Below, in pieces: positions 61,776-64,000 of a stretch of 64,000 bases of DNA. Position 1 is the first letter of the stretch. The number at the start of each line of letters is the position of its first letter. The stretch lies in assembly GCA_030141605.1 (NCBI GenBank), contig JAQGDQ010000330.1, positions 1 to 64,000 of the forward strand. The letters run 5' to 3'. The position numbers were made by a program, and so were the translations under genes. The notes beneath the pieces are model-generated. The model saw only the letters and a list, made by a program, of their open reading frames with translations, had not been told where the DNA came from and did not search any database. The DNA comes from Tubiluchus corallicola (Eukaryota; Animalia; Priapulida).

Positions 61776-63880
61776 ACAACAACAACAACAACACTAACAA
61801 CAACAACAACATCCTCATTATTGCTATTGTCGTCTCGCATCCATTCATCGTATTTTTTGTTGTTTATGTCATTAATTAAGTCTTATCCAGGTTGAACATA
61901 GCTTATATGTTAAATTCTTCTGTCACACTCGCAGCGCTGCAGTGCATTGTTAATTTGTAATTGTATAACTTGTATTGTACTAAATACACAAATAAGCAAA
62001 TCTAAAAGAGGTCTTCATTACCTTATCAAAACCTGCATGGGCCGTGGTCGGAGCAATTCTGAAAATACCAACAAAGTCATTTATAAACACAAATTAAAAA
62101 GCACAAGAAAACCATCCATTTACACAAAGCTTAAAAATTTCGTCATGAAATTTCATACCACTTACATACTGTCTTTTTACACATTAGACTTGCACTGGCA
62201 ATAATGCTGCATAAAAAATGTAAATTTAAACTCCCGCGATGACTTGTTATTTGCAGCCATTTTGACGGTAAGTCATTTGAAACAAGTTTAGATAACACTG
62301 TGTAAAGTTTGAAAAAATAACCAGAGCATTCGTAGCACTCAAGTCACTAACTACGTAAAATTTAAAATTATTTTATCTTGTCAACAAGATTAAAACTCGT
62401 TTTTGGTTAGTGAGTGGTGCACCCTGGAGGGTGAGTCAGCGACATTTTACCAATTGGTGAAAACATTTTAAATAATTAATAATTTTTTTTCTAGTTACAT
62501 AATGCTTTTGAGCAGGTAAGCAAAATGCTAAGTAATATAGATTTGTATAACTTTATGTTTTCTGCTCTTCTGCTTGTATTTGCACGGTGAAGATTCATGC
62601 ATCAGTTTTAAAAACTGTCTAATCTGAATCAAATAAACTATGTTTAAACTAAGAACAAACAGTTATTGCCTAATTTCATTACTTTCACAGTCTTACGTTC
62701 TCGAAGCCATTTAGATAAACAAAACAAGTAATACCTGCAGCGTAAATTTCGTATTCTCCGAGTCTGTGTGTTTGTCTGTCAATTTTAGAAAGACTTTCTA
62801 ATATAGATGGCACCACCATACACGCTGCGTATGCTAAGCATGTGATGAGCATGACATCCAGTTAAATGAAAAGCTTTTAATAAATTATGATCCAGGAATA
62901 TCAATATGTAATTAGGCTACAGAGTGGAGGTAAAGAGTTAATTAGTTATTGGTCTCACTTGCGTTCCACACAGGGATGTTACTGAAACCGAAATTTATGA
63001 AAGGAAACCGACACCGAAATTTATGAAACGAAACCGAACCGAAATCATTTTTGCAAAACCAGCTACTATTAGAACAGAAAGAAAACGAAATTCTGAAAGA
63101 AGTAAAATAGTAAAATACTTTGTTTTCAATTGTTTACTTTATTTTACTCTGACACAAAGCTGACGAAATAGCTGGTCAATAAAAATATGTATTACACGAT
63201 TTGTTGAACTAGAATTTGAAACTAGAAATTCACTTTTTGGCTCAGTTCTAGAAGCAAAATCGTGGAACTAAATGCTTAAAAAATCAAGAAAATTCCATTT
63301 GTAAATACTCTGTTGACTATATTTAATAAATTATGAAGTTAAACTCGGTTTTGTTCAAATTACACTTTTATATTTCGGTTGGTTGTGCCCGATGACCTTA
63401 AGGCAGCACCAAAGATATACCGTAAAAAGCTGACCTTAACATGCAGGCTAGGCAAAATTTTCACTTTATTTGAACAATTTTAGCCCAGATTTTTCAGCAC
63501 TTTTCAACAAGACAAAAGAATACGTAAACTGTGTAAATGCTGACAACACAATGGAAAAATACCGCGGAAATTTACGGAAATGTTCGGATTACGAATGTTA
63601 ATAAATTTCAACAAACAACAAAAACTGAACTGCAAGTACAATTATTGGCAAACAATCGGTAGTGGTCTCGGTAACAACTCACGTTTCGCGGTTAGAAGCG
63701 TCACAATATTTTTTCACGGTCAAACATTTTCAATTACAATTAATTTAACAAAATGTGCAATCTTGCTGTGCAAAAGTGACCATTTACTCACATTTCAGGC
63801 CTTTTTATTCCGCTCTCCAAAGCAAGATTCCTGTAAGCCAAACAGCAGAGCAGCAAACTTTCCGTACCACCTGAAGTCAC
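20004..63880 (-). CDS. SGPL1: Sphingosine-1-phosphate lyase paralog B (canonical motifs), multi-exon, 5' part beyond window end
   Basis: Minus-strand GT-AG exons: 63880-63792 (VTSGGTES), 62058-62022 (AHAGFDK), 61105-60998, 59554-59492 (FPHG), 50752-50606 ([14 protein letters not shown]), 50206-50086 ([15 protein letters not shown]), 49800-49683 (GSRAGG), 22939-22793, 21967-21847, 20135-20004 ([11 protein letters not shown]). Internal exon lengths (89,37,108,63,147,121,118,147,121) equal those of paralog A. Confidence 0.93.
20661..21171. mobile_element. TTAA-flanked non-autonomous DNA transposon (Kolobok-like)
   Basis: ttaa|aggtca ... tgacct|ttaa; second copy at 57361-59423. Confidence 0.65.
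21175..21910. repeat. 85-bp tandem repeat copying an SGPL1-B exon 3' end plus donor site
   Basis: cacacca recurs at 21241, 21336, 21421, 21507, 21592, 21677, 21762 and 21847. Confidence 0.92.
23600..23880 (-). mobile_element. 3' remnant of a LINE ORF2
   Basis: Minus-strand translation [26 protein letters not shown], then after a frameshift [10 protein letters not shown]. Resembles the Cys-rich C-terminus of non-LTR retrotransposon ORF2. Confidence 0.55.
23950..24650. repeat. 86-bp tandem repeat, ~8 units
   Basis: ccaacc recurs at 23963, 24049, 24135, 24221, 24307, 24393, 24479 and 24565. Confidence 0.92.
25736..26593 (-). CDS. Class A (rhodopsin-like) GPCR, array copy 1, subfamily A, 285 aa
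   Basis: Uninterrupted ORF with 7 hydrophobic segments, GN, SLAITD, ERY, CWGP and NSAANPIIY; N-terminal N-glycosylation sequons. Confidence 0.93.
   Translation of the reverse strand: MSAGNTTNSSILAVISSTHKWSHTVPVLVLCVVVTLVLIIITGNLLLVVAVSKYKQLQTKMNVLIVSLAITDLLYGLLALPLEVTFWLFQARHRFHLRTVHIIVFSVGTAHLCLIALERYLAVLYPYKYNIYITRRSLAIAIFAAWFYSIVLICLAGYDFVVYGVSTFMTVYLPMFVMLLLYSLIWKAARRQILQIQIQNQQTNIKVTEMKATKTLTVVTAVFFICWGPAAIAQLIRELSKLHVPGKVFELLLLVGFCNSAANPIIYAASHSKFRLAFKKIIRCE
29637..30497 (-). CDS. Class A GPCR, array copy 2, subfamily B, 286 aa
   Basis: Intact ORF; [18 protein letters not shown]. Confidence 0.93.
   Translation of the reverse strand: MSYGNATNLSILAGSISRAHSWFIAVPIVVLCIEVALFLVIIIGNLLTVIAVCKYEQLQTKMNVLIVSLGTTDLLFGLLMLPLEIIYWFSLTGLVKYLDTVRWAVFTVGTTHLCLIATERYLAVLYPYKYGIYITRRMLAIAIFSVWFYSVILVFLDVYDLVKRAVFAIMTVIFPMFVMLVLYVLIWKAARKQILQIHDQNRQTNTNVIEMKATRTLTVVTIVFFVTCGPALLARMIHDFSTFAVPSNIFHVMLLLSMCNSAANPIIYAASHSKFRAAFKKIIRCK
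31955..32815 (-). CDS. Class A GPCR, array copy 3, subfamily B, 286 aa
   Basis: Intact ORF from the ATG (MSFGN) homologous to the paralog starts; SLAVAD, ERY, TCGP, NPIIY. Confidence 0.93.
   Translation of the reverse strand: MSFGNLTNSSILAGSISSADKWSYAVPIVVLCIEEALVLVIITGNLLVVIAVCKYEQLQTKMNVLIVSLAVADLLYGLLVLPLRIIYWFSLTHLVEYLEIVGLIVFSVGTAHLCLIAIERYIAVLHPYKYNTYITRRMLAVAIFAVWFYSVILMCLNEYNLMKRAVFAIMTVTFPIFVMLTLYVLIWKAARKQMLQIHDQNRQTNTSVIEMKATRTVTVVTILFIVTCGPALLTQMIRDFSAFSVPNNVFTIVVPLILCNSAANPIIYAASHSKFRMAFKKITRCE
34737..35597 (-). CDS. Class A GPCR, array copy 4, subfamily B, 286 aa
   Basis: Intact ORF from ATG (MSFKN); [16 protein letters not shown]. Confidence 0.93.
   Translation of the reverse strand: MSFKNLTNSSILAGSIESANKWSSTLSIMVFCIAVALALVIIIGNLLTVIAVCKYEQLQTKMNVLIVSLAVADLLYGPLGMSVEIIYWFSQPHLVKYLEIVRWIVFSVGTAHLCLIAIERYLAVLHPYKYNIYITRRMLAVAIFAIWFYSVILMYLDEYTLVKCAIFAIMTVIFPMVVMLILYVLIWKAARKQILQIHDQNRQTNTNVIEMKATRTLTVVTIVFFVTCGPALLAQMINDFSTFSVPNNILIIILLLALCNSAANPVIYAASHSKFRAAFKKIIRCK
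37078..37938 (-). CDS. Class A GPCR, array copy 5, subfamily A, 286 aa
   Basis: Intact ORF from ATG (MSSGN); [16 protein letters not shown]. Confidence 0.93.
   Translation of the reverse strand: MSSGNATNFSLLSDSMSSVHRWTHTVSVVILCIVVALVLVIITGNLLVVIAVCKYEQLQTKMNVLVMSLAVTDILYGLLALPLEVTFWFFQARHRFALGAIHIVVFSASTAHLCLIAFERYLAVLHPYKYNIYVTRKTLAGSILTAWIYSIVSMFLERYDLAIYGVFNTMTVFLPMFIMLLLYSVIWKAARKQLFQIHNQNQQTNLKVTEMKATKTLAIVTAVFFIFWGPSALAELIIDLSTFSMSQKVFEVFLLLGFCNSAANPIIYAASHSKFRTAFKKIIRCE
40021..40881 (-). CDS. Class A GPCR, array copy 6, subfamily B, 286 aa
   Basis: Intact ORF from the homologous ATG (MSFGN); in-frame upstream ATGs also exist. Very similar to copy 4. Confidence 0.92.
   Translation of the reverse strand: MSFGNFTNSSILADSIESANKWSSTLSIMVSCIAVALVLVIIIGNLLVVIAVYKYEQLQTKMNVLIVSLATTDLLYGPLGMSVEIIYWFSQPHLVKYLELVRLIVFSVGTAHLCLIAIERYLAVLHPYKYNIYITRRMLAIAIFAVWFYSVILMFLDEYNLVKRAVFAIMTVIFPMVVMLILYVLIWKAARKQILQIRDQNRQTNTNVIEMKATRTLTVVTVVFFVTCGPALLSQMIHDLSTFSVPNNIFLIILLLAFCNSAANPIIYAASHSKFRTAFKKIIRCE
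42466..42777 (-). pseudogene. 5'-truncated GPCR fragment (end of TM5 to C-terminus), array copy 7, subfamily B
   Basis: [22 protein letters not shown]..stop. Homology ends abruptly near 42777, where 3'-flank-type sequence of the next unit begins. Confidence 0.88.
43288..44127 (-). pseudogene. GPCR pseudogene, array copy 8, subfamily A
   Basis: Homology split across frames (43593-44120 and 43321-43623); frameshift just after the homologous ATG at 44127; premature TGA at 43321-43323 (HSKF*). Confidence 0.88.
45619..46479 (-). CDS. Class A GPCR, array copy 9, subfamily B, 286 aa
   Basis: Intact ORF from the homologous ATG (MSFGN); [16 protein letters not shown]. Confidence 0.92.
   Translation of the reverse strand: MSFGNFTNSSILAGSNESADNWSSTLSIMIFCISVALVLVIIIGNLLVVIAVYKYEQLQTKMNVLIVSLAVTDLLYGPFGMFVEIIYWFSLTGLVEHLVIVRLIMFSVGTAHLCLIATERYLAVLYPYKYNTYVTRRMLAIAIFAVWFYSVILMYLIEYWLVKFAVFTIFTIIFPMVVMLVLYVLIWKAARKQILQIHDQNRQTNTYVIEMKATRTLTVVTVVFFVTCGPAMLAQMIDDFSTFAMPNNVFTITAALSLCNNAANPVIYAASHSKFRMAFKKIIRCE
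47470..48301 (-). pseudogene. GPCR pseudogene, array copy 10, subfamily A-like
   Basis: TM1-TM4 in 47837-48301, then several frameshifts; KATRTL..CCGP in another frame; [10 protein letters not shown] remnant near 47510-47545. Confidence 0.87.
48301..48475. repeat. 50-bp tandem repeat, ~3.5 units, abutting the start of GPCR copy 10
   Basis: tgctaaagcaagctgcaactgcaagagttgttaacaagttgtttggtcac repeated. Confidence 0.9.
51201..51676. mobile_element. hAT-type non-autonomous element
   Basis: 14-bp near-perfect TIRs (cagggcctatttca / tgaaatagggcctg) and an exact 8-bp TSD CCGGTCAC (51193-51200, 51677-51684). Confidence 0.85.
52321..52732. mobile_element. Tc1/mariner (pogo/Tigger-like) MITE
   Basis: ta|cagtcaacc ... 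ggtttactg|ta; subterminal taaggga/aagggac repeats. Confidence 0.7.
53494..56068 (+). CDS. GT31 family beta-1,3-galactosyl/N-acetylglucosaminyl-transferase, two coding exons (53494-53660, 55099-56068), about 378 aa, nested antisense in an SGPL1-B intron
   Basis: Exon 2 has [27 protein letters not shown] (DxD), [10 protein letters not shown] and VEDAYVTG. Exon 1 encodes a type II anchor ([23 protein letters not shown]), has an in-frame upstream stop at 53479, and ends AG|gtaatt in phase 2, matching the acceptor tgtgcag at 55098. Confidence 0.88.
57634..58772. repeat. 44-bp minisatellite, ~26 units
   Basis: tggtttaccgaacacaaacgctgctgtagctagagcgcatcgcg head-to-tail, with no spacers. Confidence 0.95.
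58909..59361. mobile_element. Penelope-like retroelement remnant with inverted ends
   Basis: ~55-bp inverted repeats (about 58938-58995 and 59305-59362) containing a hammerhead-like motif and AATAAA. Flanked by a 17-bp duplication gttcatYttctttctat (58892-58908, 59362-59378). Confidence 0.55.
59316..59348 (+). ncRNA. Minimal hammerhead ribozyme motif (U3-A8 variant)
   Basis: TTGATAA-T-GGCT tcaat AGCC-GAAA-C gatc G-TC: core boxes, stem II and a short stem III with palindromic loop. Stem I is weak. Confidence 0.45.
60820..61007. repeat. 18-bp donor-junction minisatellite in SGPL1-B (homologous to 7321-7870)
   Basis: gtgacttaccatacaagt units adjoining exon 61105-60998. Confidence 0.85.
61610..61812. 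repeat. (CAT)n(CAA)n microsatellite
   Basis: Direct reading. Confidence 0.9.
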
Positions 63881-63995
63881 CTGAAGTAAGAAGTAACTAA
63901 GCAAAACTTGACCAGAGGTCACCTGAAGTAAGGGGTAAGTAAGCAAAAGTTGACCGGAGGTCACTTGGAGTAAAGGGTAAGTAAGCAAAACTTGA
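63869..63995. repeat. 42-bp tandem repeat copying an acceptor site plus exon start
   Basis: Three units; minus-strand translation LLQVTSG recurs every 14 aa. Confidence 0.85.
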
Positions 63996-64000
63996 GATAA

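Overview
This is AT-rich, intron-containing animal genomic DNA, probably from an invertebrate; the taxon cannot be fixed from this window. Two sphingosine-1-phosphate lyase (SGPL1) paralogs lie tail-to-tail. Copy A is on the + strand, with 13 recognisable coding exons at 3277-14772. Copy B is on the - strand, with 10 exons at 20004-63880, and its 5' part lies beyond the window. One 26.7-kb intron of copy B holds a same-strand tandem array of 10 single-coding-exon class A GPCR copies (7 intact, 3 broken). These receptors lack the TM3-ECL2 cysteine pair and have almost no ECL2. Another copy-B intron holds an antisense two-exon GT31 (beta-1,3-glycosyltransferase) gene. Copy A keeps open frames and the PLP lysine but has changed several conserved motifs. 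Other notable features are minisatellites built from splice junctions, several non-autonomous DNA transposons, and a Penelope-type insertion carrying a minimal hammerhead-ribozyme motif. Exon boundaries were read by eye from GT-AG sites, frame continuity and recalled SGPL1 motifs; no database search was run.
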